From contig DATAVN010000042.1 in assembly GCA_036267715.1 (NCBI GenBank), forward strand, positions 16,887 through 80,886: a stretch of DNA of 64,000 nucleotides. Reading direction: 5' to 3'. Made by a program: the position numbers and the translations under genes. The notes below the pieces were generated by a model that made no database searches, was not told the DNA's origin, and saw only the letters and a program-made list of their open reading frames with translations. Origin of the DNA: Steroidobacteraceae bacterium (GTDB lineage Bacteria; Pseudomonadota; Gammaproteobacteria; Steroidobacterales; Steroidobacteraceae). Of this stretch, positions 29,892 through 39,268 are shown one piece after another. Every line of letters starts with the position of its first letter. The first letter of the stretch is position 1.

Positions 29892-31285
29892 TTCACGACC
29901 GGAGTGTGGGGACCATCGCCCCAGGCCCACTCCAGCAGATCTCGATATCCGCGGACATTGTCGACATAGCGCACGGGTTCCCATCCGCGCGCATAACCAT
30001 TCTCGGTTTTGGTGTACCAACGCTCCTGTTCCAGGAGCGGCAGGAAGGCGCGCACATCCTGCCAGGAGTCCGGGTCACGGCCGGCCTTTTGCGCCAGCAC
30101 GCGCGCATCTTCCACGTGACCATAGCCTATGTTGTAGGCGGCGAGCGCAAACCACGTCCGATCGGGCTCGGGCACATGCGCGGGAATCTTCTCGTAGACC
30201 TGCCGGAAGTAGCGAGCGCCGCCGAAAATGCTTTGCCGGGCATCCGATAGATCGGTGACGTTGGTTTCGTTGGCGGTTTCCACGGTCAACTGCATCAGGC
30301 CGCGGGCCCCGGCCGCTGAGGCGGCGCTGGGATTCCATTTCGATTCTTGATATCCCATGGCAGCCAGCAGGCGCCAGTCTTGGCTGCTCTGTTCCGCTGC
30401 CTCGACAAACCACTGCTTGTAAAGTGGCAGCCGGCTTTGCAAATGTTGCATGAAACCAGGACCGCCGGCGAATTCGGCATCCTCGGTCCGGCCGTAGTAG
30501 TGGTTGACGATGGTGGCGAGCTCGCCATCGAGTTTCAATCGCGCGAAATACTCACCCAGATCGCGCGCGAACCTCGGATCACGGTCGCTTGCACCCCATG
30601 CGAGCGGGCGATCTCCCTCGAAATCAAAGGCGATGCGCAAATCCGGGTGCACGGCATGGGCGAGCGCAAATTCCGTGGAATCGGCAATCGTGTAGTCAAT
30701 CGTGCCGTCCGCCACGCCGTCCAGAAGTGCCTGGGAATTGGTGCTGGAATTCTCCACCCACACCAGCTCCGGATACGAATTGCGCGCATCCTCCAAAGTC
30801 TTTGCCTGTGAACTGCCGGCAGCGATTTCCAGATCGGAATTGCCGATATCGGCGAGAGAACCAGGTCTCGGTGCGCCGCGGCGGTAAATCAAATGCTCGC
30901 GAACGTGCTGATAGGCGGGACTGAATTCGATCCCGGGTACCGACTGCGTAGGGACCTTCAATCCCGCCGCCGCCAAGTGCGCTTGACCGGAGGTAATGGC
31001 CGCGTAAATCTCGGCATAAGTTCGCATCGGGGTGATCTTGAGCTTTACCCCCAGTTCATCGGCAAAGCGCCGCGCCAAATCATATTCCGGCCCCTCTTGA
31101 CTCCCATCCGGTCCGCGATAATACGCAAGAGGGCTCACGCGAGTTACCACACGTAATTCGCCCAGCGACTTGATCTGATGGATCAAGCTCGGCACCGGCG
31201 CATAGCTGCTCAGCAACCCTGCGGCCGATATCGCGATCGTTACCTTGGTCCAGCGCTGCCAGTTTGTTATGGGTAATCTACGCAC
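29888..31285 (-). CDS. mltF: membrane-bound lytic murein transglycosylase F
   Basis: N-terminal periplasmic-binding-protein-like domain plus an SLT domain (AMGYQESKWNPSAASAAGARGLMQL). The stop codons of tadA and mltF share TTAA. Confidence 0.88.
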   Translation of the reverse strand: MRRLPITNWQRWTKVTIAISAAGLLSSYAPVPSLIHQIKSLGELRVVTRVSPLAYYRGPDGSQEGPEYDLARRFADELGVKLKITPMRTYAEIYAAITSGQAHLAAAGLKVPTQSVPGIEFSPAYQHVREHLIYRRGAPRPGSLADIGNSDLEIAAGSSQAKTLEDARNSYPELVWVENSSTNSQALLDGVADGTIDYTIADSTEFALAHAVHPDLRIAFDFEGDRPLAWGASDRDPRFARDLGEYFARLKLDGELATIVNHYYGRTEDAEFAGGPGFMQHLQSRLPLYKQWFVEAAEQSSQDWRLLAAMGYQESKWNPSAASAAGARGLMQLTVETANETNVTDLSDARQSIFGGARYFRQVYEKIPAHVPEPDRTWFALAAYNIGYGHVEDARVLAQKAGRDPDSWQDVRAFLPLLEQERWYTKTENGYARGWEPVRYVDNVRGYRDLLEWAWGDGPHTPVVN

Positions 31286-31443
31286 GGTTTAATAGTCCAT
31301 TTGAGTGCCGTGGTGCGGGGCAAGTTCCGGTCGTGAAGCGAGCCCGTTTCCGATGCGCTAGAATAAACGAATATTTCTTGTTGTGAACCCTTGACAAATG
31401 CATTTTTAGCCTGGTTGATGGCTGCGTCAAAACTAAATTTTGT

Positions 31444-31494
31444 TTAAGTTAACGCCGAAAAATCTTAAGTAAACGCCAGAAATTTTAAGTTAAC
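31444..31494. repeat. three copies of TTAAGT(T/A)AAC(GCC) spaced 20-21 bp apart, ending 1 nt before tRNA-Ser
   Basis: Copies at 31444, 31465 and 31485. A TTGACA hexamer lies further upstream at 31391. Confidence 0.7.
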
Positions 31495-31495
31495 A

Positions 31496-31588
31496 GGAGA
31501 GGTACCGAAGTGGTCACAACGGCGCCGACTCGAAATCGGATGGTCGGGTAATTCCGGCACGTGGGTTCGAATCCCACCCTCTCCGCCA
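31496..31588 (+). tRNA. tRNA-Ser (anticodon CGA), long variable arm, encoded CCA
   Basis: Acceptor GGAGAGG/CCTCTCC, anticodon loop CTCGAAA, T-arm GTGGG-TTCGAAT-CCCAC, followed by a T7 run. Confidence 0.9.
31565..31585. repeat. attL core (3' end of tRNA-Ser): gttcgaatcccaccctctccg
   Basis: Matches 46185-46205 with one mismatch. An ACGTG block is also shared just upstream. Confidence 0.8.
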
Positions 31589-31605
31589 CTTTTTTTCGAG
31601 CCTTT

Positions 31606-32922
31606 TCAAGGCACCTTTCTGCCCTCCGGGCTACTGGCAGAACTACTGGCAGGATCCGGGGGCCCCAGGGGACGAAGCACGATTTGGCACGCGGAGTCCG
31701 GCGGGCTCGCCAGAGCGAAAGGGAGCAAGGACACTTTCGGTCGTCCATCCATGGCATTCCGGATCGCCTGAATACCAGTCTCCGTTGCACCTTCAATCCA
31801 TGCCGCATACATGCGTAGCATCACTTCGACACTGTGACCGTGTTGCTTTGCCGTCCAAAGTAGATTCTTACCCAGCATCAACGCCCAAGTGACCGACGAG
31901 TGTCGTGCGTGATACGGACCGCGCTGACGGATACCAAGTTTCTGTAGGCTCTCATTCCAGCGCCAACGGGTGACTTCCGGATCACTTATTGCGCTGCCGT
32001 CCTCCAGGAAGAAAAGTCGATCATGGCTGATCTTGCCGGCCGCTACATAGTCAGCCCGAAGTTCAAGGTGGGCTTTGAGCACTTGAAGTGCTCGCGGGGT
32101 CAAGTCGACATTTCGGTCCTCCTGGGTCTTAGTCCGGTCTTTGTCTCGCCGGAGCACCCGCGCCTTGGTGACGTGCAGCACGCTCTTTCGCTCATCGAAG
32201 TCTGTCGCGAGCAATTCGATCTGTTCCGAAGGACGAAGGCCGGTAAAGAAGCGAAGCTCATCGTAGTTGCCGATCGCATCAGCCCAATCGGCACGCAGCT
32301 GGGCAATTAGGGACTCGGCTTCGCCAATGGCGAAGGGGTCGACCACCGGCCGATCCTTTTTCGTGATCCGCAGGCATTTTAAGCCCACGGCAGGATTGTG
32401 CTTCTCGGGATGGTCCTTATAACCATAGTCGAAGGCGCGACGGATGACGCTGACCGCGTTGTTATAGGTCTTCTTGGTCCACTCGTAGGCGTTTACGATC
32501 ATCGCAAGTTCGGAGTACCGCACCTCCCCAAAAAATCGGGCTCCGATCGCTGGCCGCCAGATTTGCGCCAGGAGCTTGCGGTATCCGCGTCCCGTCACGT
32601 AGGCAAGATCCTTTTTCGCCATGCGCGACTGGCACTCCAGCAGAAACTCGTCAAAGACCTGGTTGCAGGTGCGCTGCGCTGGCGCCGCACCGGATACTTG
32701 CGTGATGAGGCGATAGTCGGGGAACTCCTCAGCAAATGTGAACGCACCCTCGGCAATGCGCCGTTTGATGTCCGCCATCTGCCCCCGGGCACGCCTCAGG
32801 TTCGCCTCCGTGGGCTCGCGCTTCACGGTCGGCCGATAGCGAACGCCGTCCAGCTCGAAATCGAACCGGATCCGGTCGGCACCGAAGGCGCTCACGCCGT
32901 TGACTATCGATCTTCGACCCAT
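31606..32922 (-). CDS. int: tyrosine-type site-specific integrase with N-terminal Arm DNA-binding domain (DUF3596-like)
   Basis: I chose the ATG at 32922 (MGRRSIVNG..IRFDFELDGVRYRPTVK). Catalytic R (GLRPSE), HARHS and GHSVEVMLRMY are present. Confidence 0.88.
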   Translation of the reverse strand: MGRRSIVNGVSAFGADRIRFDFELDGVRYRPTVKREPTEANLRRARGQMADIKRRIAEGAFTFAEEFPDYRLITQVSGAAPAQRTCNQVFDEFLLECQSRMAKKDLAYVTGRGYRKLLAQIWRPAIGARFFGEVRYSELAMIVNAYEWTKKTYNNAVSVIRRAFDYGYKDHPEKHNPAVGLKCLRITKKDRPVVDPFAIGEAESLIAQLRADWADAIGNYDELRFFTGLRPSEQIELLATDFDERKSVLHVTKARVLRRDKDRTKTQEDRNVDLTPRALQVLKAHLELRADYVAAGKISHDRLFFLEDGSAISDPEVTRWRWNESLQKLGIRQRGPYHARHSSVTWALMLGKNLLWTAKQHGHSVEVMLRMYAAWIEGATETGIQAIRNAMDGRPKVSLLPFALASPPDSACQIVLRPLGPPDPASSSASSPEGRKVP

Positions 32923-33119
32923 TTTTGATATCCCGTGATGTCGATCAAAATGCGGCCGTCCGGCGGCCGTCTCCATGCTTTTCCTTCCGGCCAGTCGCCC
33001 CGCTCGATTTTCCGCTGCATGGCTTTCACCGAATAGCCGGTGATGAGATTGGCCAATGGCAGCAGGACATATCGTGCTGGCGCCAAGACGAAGGGTTCCT
33101 GCGATTCCTGATCGCTCAT
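32904..33119 (-). CDS. xis: excisionase-like DNA-binding protein
   Basis: A 71-aa protein overlapping the integrase start by 19 nt. ..LANLITGYSVKAMQRKIERGDWPEGKAWRRPPDGRILID resembles lambda-Xis-like excisionases. Confidence 0.65.
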   Translation of the reverse strand: MSDQESQEPFVLAPARYVLLPLANLITGYSVKAMQRKIERGDWPEGKAWRRPPDGRILIDITGYQKWVEDR

Positions 33120-33444
33120 GAAAGGTCGAACGCCACTGACGCGCGCAGCGCAATAGCCGCTGGGTCCGATCCGAAGAGCGCTCCCCGCAACTTGCAGGGA
33201 TCCAGCTTTGCAAGCCGCCGAATAAATTCAAGCGCTTTGCGAATCAATTGAGTGTAGGTTCGAATCGCCCACGGCCCACCATCTACCCCTTCCGAAGACT
33301 TCCAGTAGCATCCAACAAGAGTCTTTCGAGAGGCGCGAATGATCGGCTCGTCGCGCTGGGGCGAAGAGTGATTTGTCCTTCCGTCTCTTTTTTGCGATTC
33401 GCGGACTCACAGGGTCCGTCCGCGATGATCGGGCAACGATTCGG

Positions 33445-35112
33445 CTAACTCACGGCCTTCAGAGCGGAAATGATAGATCGGCTGTTCGGAGTGGCCAAGT
33501 ACGCCTGGATCTGAGCTACCACAGCGGCACCTTCGCCGACCCCGGCCGCCACGCGCTTCACCGACCCGCACCGTACGTCTCCGATCGCAAAGACACCGGC
33601 GCTGCTGGTCGCCAACGGCAGTTGCAAATTGTTCCCGGTCGTGACGAAACCCTTGCTGTCCAAACCGATCCGCCGATCGAGCCACTGCGTGTTCGGGTCA
33701 GCGCCGATGAACAAGAACATGTGCTGTGCGTTGACTCGCAGTGTGTCGCCGCTCTCGTTGCGGGTCATATCGACGCCCTCAAGGGCGCCCTCTGCGCTGC
33801 CCGACAGTCCTGTCACGGCAGTGCGGACTCGTAGTTCGATATTGCGGGTAGCCTTGATTCTGTCGACCAGATAACGGGACATAGAAGCATCGATTCCAGA
33901 TGAGCGCACAGCCATGTGTACCTGTCGTGCGTGCGCAGAAAGGAAGACGGCCGCCTGACCTGCTGAGTTGCCTCCTCCGACAAGAACGATGTCGCGCCCT
34001 TCGCATAGCGTCGCCTCAATCGGCGTGGCCCAATACGACACGCTGGTTCCCTCAAAGCGATCGAGATTTTCAATATCAGGCCGACGGTAGCGTACCCCCG
34101 AAGCGATTACGACCGTTCGACCATAAACTGAAATTCCTTTGTCGAGTGCAACGCGGTGCAACGGGGGCTGTGAGCAATCGAGTTCGACGGCAGAGACCGG
34201 CACCGCAAACTGAGCACCGAACTTCTGAGCTTGAATAAACGCACGCGCCATGAGCGCCTGGCCCGAGACGCCAGTGGGAAATCCAAGATAGTTCTCGATC
34301 CTTGAGGAAGCACCCGCTTGGCCACCGAATGAGCGGCTATCGACGACGAGGACGGAGAGGCCCTCGGACGCCCCATACACGGCTGTAGCGAGGCCTGCGG
34401 GTCCCGCTCCGACGACGATCACGTCATACTCGGTTCCCGGTTTGATATCAGGGACGATCCCGAGACCCACGCCCGCCTCGGCGTTGCTCGGCCGCCGGAG
34501 CACCGTCCCGTTCGGACAGATCAAGATCGGCAAATCGCCGGGCTGTACTCCTAAGCGCTCGACGAGCGCTTCGCCCTCCCGACCGCCTGCGTCGATCAGC
34601 GAGTGGGGGTAGCTATTGCGAGTCAGCAAGCCTTGAAGGCGGACTGTATCTGTCGATCCCGCTTCTCCGAGGATGACCGAGCCCACGGTTCCGCCCTCCA
34701 GCAGCGCCGCACGCCGCAATATAAAGGCCCGCATCATCAGTTCACCGATGTCTGCGCTGCTGATGAGCAGGGCACGAAGGTGCGGCAGATCGAACGGATA
34801 CGCGGTGCAACCGTTCGGTCCACCACAAACCGAGGCCAATGAGGCATGACCCGCTAGGTCACTGACCTCTCCGCTAAACTGACCCGGTCCCCCGGTAGCA
34901 AAGATACTCTCGCGCCCCAGGCCATCCCGTCGACTTGCGACAATGCTCCCCTCGACGACCAGCCACACGGCCATATTCCGATCGCCCACATCGAGAAGCT
35001 TTTCATCCGGCGCGAATCGTCGTTCAGGCCCGCTCGCGAACCGAAGAGCGAACTGTATCTGAACGGGAGTTAGCGTCGGAACGATTTGGTCCAATCGTTT
35101 TTCCAGCAACAT
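33445..35112 (-). CDS. cyclic-nucleotide-binding domain fused to thioredoxin-disulfide reductase-like flavoprotein
   Basis: N-terminal cNMP-binding fold (..GDRNMAVWLVVEGSIV..GPGQFSGEVS) followed by VIVVGAGPAGLATAVY.. and GGGNSAGQAA Rossmann motifs. Confidence 0.8.
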   Translation of the reverse strand: MLLEKRLDQIVPTLTPVQIQFALRFASGPERRFAPDEKLLDVGDRNMAVWLVVEGSIVASRRDGLGRESIFATGGPGQFSGEVSDLAGHASLASVCGGPNGCTAYPFDLPHLRALLISSADIGELMMRAFILRRAALLEGGTVGSVILGEAGSTDTVRLQGLLTRNSYPHSLIDAGGREGEALVERLGVQPGDLPILICPNGTVLRRPSNAEAGVGLGIVPDIKPGTEYDVIVVGAGPAGLATAVYGASEGLSVLVVDSRSFGGQAGASSRIENYLGFPTGVSGQALMARAFIQAQKFGAQFAVPVSAVELDCSQPPLHRVALDKGISVYGRTVVIASGVRYRRPDIENLDRFEGTSVSYWATPIEATLCEGRDIVLVGGGNSAGQAAVFLSAHARQVHMAVRSSGIDASMSRYLVDRIKATRNIELRVRTAVTGLSGSAEGALEGVDMTRNESGDTLRVNAQHMFLFIGADPNTQWLDRRIGLDSKGFVTTGNNLQLPLATSSAGVFAIGDVRCGSVKRVAAGVGEGAAVVAQIQAYLATPNSRSIISALKAVS

Positions 35113-35572
35113 TCAAATTGCCTCACTGATGGGAATTGGGTTCACACAAACGCCAGCAGTACGCTAGCCGTGGCAGCCCTCACCGTCAAGGACTATCTAC
35201 CGATAGAGAGGGTAGCGCCGTGTCGACCGCCCTCGTCGTGCCGCGGGAGGACTGCGCGCGCTCGAGGATTGATCGGTTGGTCCTGACGTTGAAAACGTCG
35301 CGCGCCTGCGGTACTTCGCCTGTGCGTAGGTGCAAGCTCGCAAAGAAGTCCCTCGAGAATGTACAAGCAAGGTCCGGCCGTTTCCGCGCGGGATGCGTGC
35401 CCAGGAAAATCTAAATGAAGAGTAGGCGATCGACAATTGGCGCTCGACGCGCCGAACGGATGCTCCGCGGTGGGGGACAACCTCCGATTGTGTGGTTCTA
35501 TCCGGCTCGCGGTCGCAATTCGCATGGCGTGTGGGCGGACGCTGATCTAAATCCAGACCATACCATCACTTA

Positions 35573-35591
35573 CTAAAGATCTTGATAGCGG
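35573..35591 (+). promoter_or_regulatory. island operator-like motif, copy 1: CTAAAGAT-CTT-GATAGCGG
   Basis: One of four copies of GCTAAAGAT-N3-G(A/G)TAGCG. It lies upstream of the DUF1993 genes and in the same orientation. Confidence 0.55.
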
Positions 35592-35735
35592 CCAGCGCCG
35601 CTAAGCGCTCTACTGACCTGGTTTATCGAGAAGACAAGAGGGGACTCGGGTGCGAAGTGAGCCGATTCAGGTGGGTGCTGTGTGTCCATTTACCTTGATG
35701 CATCGCAAGGTGGAAACCCTGAAGTCCCTGAACGC

Positions 35736-36241
35736 ATGATTGCCCGGGCGATCACCCAGTGCGCCCGAGCTTTGCAGAACATCGAAGTTTTCCTCGATAA
35801 AGCCGAGGCGAATGCCTTGTCCAACCAATACGACGTGGGAGTTCTGCTGACAAGTCGTCTCGCGCGAGACCAGTACCCCTTTATCCGCCAGATTCAGATC
35901 GCTTGCGACTATGTGAACTTTGGCGCGGCCCGGCTTTCTAGCCAGACAGCGCCAAAACATGAAGATAATGAGCTGACGATCAACGAGTTGCGCGCACGCA
36001 TCCGAAACGCCGTTGTTTTTGCGATTGGCGTGGAAGACCGGGAATACGAGGGCGCGAGTGAACGAACGATAAGTGTGAATTCTGTTCCGGGAAAGACCAT
36101 TCGCGGTGCCGACTATTTACTACAGATGGTGATACCCAACATGTTTTGCCCATGTGACCGTCGTCTATGCCATCCTTCGCCATAACGGCATCAATGTCGG
36201 GAAGATGGACTCTCAGGGTAATATAAATTTCGTGGGTTAAG
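35736..36241 (+). pseudogene. DUF1993 family protein, frameshifted near 36146
   Basis: Collinear with the intact paralogue up to ..YLLQMVIPNMF. The conserved ..HVTVVYAILRHNGINVGKMD.. tail then continues in the +1 frame (atg ttt tgc c cat gtg). Confidence 0.7.
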
Positions 36242-36247
36242 CTATTC

Positions 36248-36748
36248 ATGTTTCACCAAGTCATTCAGCAGTGCGCTCAGGCCCTGCACCAGATCGAAAT
36301 CTGTCTCGACAAAGCGGAGTACCACGCAAATCTGAAGAAGTACGACGCTGCCATTCTCTTAACGAGCCGCCTCGCGCCAGACCAGGATCACTTCATCAGG
36401 CAGGTTCAATTTGGCGCCGACTACATAAGATACGGTGCCGCGCGGCTCTCGGGTCAGACTCCGCCCAAATGGGAAGACAATGAGACGACGATCGAGGAGG
36501 TACGCGTCCGCATACAAAAGACGGTCGCGTACGCGCAATCCATCAAGAAGGAACAGTACGAAGGGGCTGCTGAGAGGAAGGTTGAAGTAAATTGGGCGCC
36601 CGGGAGGACCATTCGCGGCGACGACTACTTGCTCCAGCTCACGGTTCCCAACGTCTACTTCCACGTGACAACTGCGTACGCCATCCTGCGGCACAATGGT
36701 GTGGACGTTGGAAAGGCAGATTTCTTGGGGTTTTTGGCCCTGACTTAG
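36248..36748 (+). CDS. DUF1993 domain-containing protein
   Basis: ..LTSRLAPDQDHFIRQVQFGADY..NVYFHVTTAYAILRHNGVDVGKADFLG. Confidence 0.8.
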   Translation: MFHQVIQQCAQALHQIEICLDKAEYHANLKKYDAAILLTSRLAPDQDHFIRQVQFGADYIRYGAARLSGQTPPKWEDNETTIEEVRVRIQKTVAYAQSIKKEQYEGAAERKVEVNWAPGRTIRGDDYLLQLTVPNVYFHVTTAYAILRHNGVDVGKADFLGFLALT

Positions 36749-36846
36749 TTATCTAGTCGGCGATCATGCTTGGGATCGGTTGTCCCTGATCGCGACATTT
36801 TAAGACGCCTGACTCAGTTGGGCGGTTCAGGTCTGACGAGGAAATC

Positions 36847-37653
36847 ATGCCCGACAATGTCAAAACGTTTCGTGATCTGCACAAAGGTACCCCGCTGCTT
36901 CGGCTTCCCAATGCATGGGATGCCGGAAGTGCGGCTTTGATCGCAAGACTGGGTGCCACTGCCATCGCGAGCTCAAGCGCGGGTGTCGCCTGGGCACTCG
37001 GGTATCCGGATGGCCGGGTTCTGCCGATAGACGAGGCTATCGGGGCAGCGGCGCGCATCGTGCGCGTCGTAACGGTTCCAGTCACGGTCGACATCGAGAA
37101 CGGCTATTCCGATGATCCGCGGACGGTTGCAGATAATGTCATGCGTCTGGTGGAGCTCCGCGTCGCCGGGATCAACATCGAGGATGGCCCGGATAAGCCA
37201 ACGATCCTGGCAGCCAAGATCGATGCCATCCGCAACGTCGTTTCAAAGGCGGGATCCGATCTTTTCATCAACGCCCGCACCGATGTGTTTCTGGCATCCC
37301 TCGTTGAGAAGCCGAGGCTCGTCGAGGAGTCCGTTGCACGCGCCAATCTGTATACGAGGTCCGGCGCGGATGGAATTTTCCTTCCCGGAGTATCAACTCC
37401 AGCAGACATCAAGGCAGTCGTAGCGAGCATCTCGCTGCCGCTCAATGTGATAGCGCTACCGGGGCTCACCGATGCTGAGGCCCTTGGGAAACTCGGGGTT
37501 CGCCGATTGAGCGCTGGGAGTGGCATTGCACAAGTGTTGTGGGCCAAGGTGGAGGAACTCGCCAAGGACTTCTTGGAAACTGGTCGCTCGGATTCGTTTG
37601 GAGAGTCCTCCATGCCATATCGGCAGATCCAAAGCCTCTTTTCGAAGAAATAG
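36847..37653 (+). CDS. isocitrate lyase/PEP mutase superfamily protein (2-methylisocitrate-lyase-like)
   Basis: FRDLHKGTPLLRLPNAWDAGSAALIARLGATAIASSSAG..VTVDIENGY..GINIEDG. Confidence 0.8.
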   Translation: MPDNVKTFRDLHKGTPLLRLPNAWDAGSAALIARLGATAIASSSAGVAWALGYPDGRVLPIDEAIGAAARIVRVVTVPVTVDIENGYSDDPRTVADNVMRLVELRVAGINIEDGPDKPTILAAKIDAIRNVVSKAGSDLFINARTDVFLASLVEKPRLVEESVARANLYTRSGADGIFLPGVSTPADIKAVVASISLPLNVIALPGLTDAEALGKLGVRRLSAGSGIAQVLWAKVEELAKDFLETGRSDSFGESSMPYRQIQSLFSKK

Positions 37654-37674
37654 GCTTTCCCGCGCGGGAGTTCG

Positions 37675-37830
37675 ATACTGAAACTCAAACTCAACTGCGA
37701 GTGTTGTCATGTGGACCTGCCACCCGGGGAATAGCAATTCGCGGATCTGTCCGTTCGAATGCAGGTTTTGAAGCGCACACGACGCTATCCCAGGGGGTCG
37801 ATCAGTCGCCCCTAACAGTGAACTGACTGC
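37675..37830 (+). pseudogene. decayed DUF1272 (Cys-rich zinc-ribbon) gene
   Basis: ILKLKLNCECCHVDLPPG matches the DUF1272 start, with ATA in place of ATG. It is followed by a frameshift, then ..NSRICPFECRF, then TGA where Cys is expected. Confidence 0.55.
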
Positions 37831-38145
37831 GGCGATCATCGCCGCGGCGGACGTCGAGGCTCCGGTGGTGCGACCTCGGCGTTGCCCCGAGAATTGTTCA
37901 TCGCAGATCGCAAGGCGGTTCGCCACGGTAACGGCTTACGTGCACGATTCCAAGCCAGACGCAATATTGATATCGCCGACGCATAGCTGCTCAGGTTCCA
38001 AGCTAGGCGAGAAGAAGCGGGCGTCGGAGCCCTCATAATGGCCGTATCAGTGCTCACGCCATGTGCTCTCTCTCTACTGGTAGACTATCGCTTTGTCCTT
38101 TCAGGGCGGGACGCCTGCCAAGAGGTGGCCTAGAGGAACGAGTTC

Positions 38146-38700
38146 ATGAGTGATATCGCGACTGCCATCATGGGCGCTGCCGAACGGCGCATGCGCCTCA
38201 GCGGATTCTATGGATTCAGCTTTCGAGAAATTGCGTCGGATGTGGGTGTGAAAAGCTCGAGCGTCCATTACCACTTCCCGACCAAGGAGAAGCTTGCGGC
38301 GGCCGTCATTCACCGTTATACCGACGAAGTTGCTGAATTCATTGACCGGGAAGCCGCGACCGCTCCGGATCCTGTCAGCCTATGGACGGGGGCCTTTCGC
38401 GGAACGTTGTGTTCAGAGGAACGCATGTGTCCGTGTGCCGTGCTCGGAGCCGTATCGAAAGACCTCCCTCGAGGGCTAGCGGCGGAAGTACGCCGGTTCT
38501 TCAAGATGTGTCTTGATAAGATGATGGTAGCCGGTCTTTCAGAGAGCGGAGCATCGGGGCTGTTGGCCACCATTACAGGCGCACTGGTCGTAGCCAACGC
38601 CCTGAATGATGTGGGCGCGTATGATCGCGCTGCAGAAGGACTGATGCGAAAGCCGCTCGTAGCACGATCAAAGAAAAATCGCACGACCCCCAAGGACTGA
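38146..38700 (+). CDS. TetR/AcrR family transcriptional regulator
   Basis: FYGFSFREIASDVGVKSSSVHYHFPTKEKLAAAV. Confidence 0.85.
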   Translation: MSDIATAIMGAAERRMRLSGFYGFSFREIASDVGVKSSSVHYHFPTKEKLAAAVIHRYTDEVAEFIDREAATAPDPVSLWTGAFRGTLCSEERMCPCAVLGAVSKDLPRGLAAEVRRFFKMCLDKMMVAGLSESGASGLLATITGALVVANALNDVGAYDRAAEGLMRKPLVARSKKNRTTPKD

Positions 38701-38713
38701 CGGCGCGCTCACG

Positions 38714-39268
38714 TCAAAGCGAGACTGCGGTGAGGAGGTAACGCTTGGCGGCGAGCCCGCCGGCATAGGCGACAAGATGACCATCCGATCCAATTACGCG
38801 GTGGCACGGCGCGACGATAGAGATCGGATTCTTGCCGTTGGCCGCCCCGACTGCTCGGGCGACTCTAGAATTGCCGATCGTATTTGCAATCTCAGCGTAG
38901 GAGCGTGTCTGTCCATAGGGTATCGCGAGCAGCGCGTTCCAGACCTTCTTCTGGAAATCGGTTCCAACAAAGTCGAGCTTGAGATCGAAAGTCTGGCGAC
39001 TACCGGCGAAGTAGTCGCGCAGCTGGCGCTCCGCTTCGATCAAAGCCGGATGTGCACGACTTTCGCACAGGTTAATGAGGCGAACCCGCCGCGGATCGTA
39101 ATTTTTCCAAACGATCGCAATGAGCCCAACCTCACCGGCAATCAGATTGAGGCTTCCGACGGGCGAATCCGTCCACATGAAGTATCGCGTCAGTTTGCGT
39201 CTGGCTCCAACTGATTTCTCAGCGACGTCTTGCAGCATTGAACGAAGAAGTTTACCGGATGTCGGCAT
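38714..39268 (-). CDS. ogt: methylated-DNA--protein-cysteine methyltransferase
   Basis: FQKKVWNALLAIPYGQTRSYAEIA..IVAPCHRVIGSDG. Start codon uncertain. Confidence 0.88.
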   Translation of the reverse strand: MPTSGKLLRSMLQDVAEKSVGARRKLTRYFMWTDSPVGSLNLIAGEVGLIAIVWKNYDPRRVRLINLCESRAHPALIEAERQLRDYFAGSRQTFDLKLDFVGTDFQKKVWNALLAIPYGQTRSYAEIANTIGNSRVARAVGAANGKNPISIVAPCHRVIGSDGHLVAYAGGLAAKRYLLTAVSL

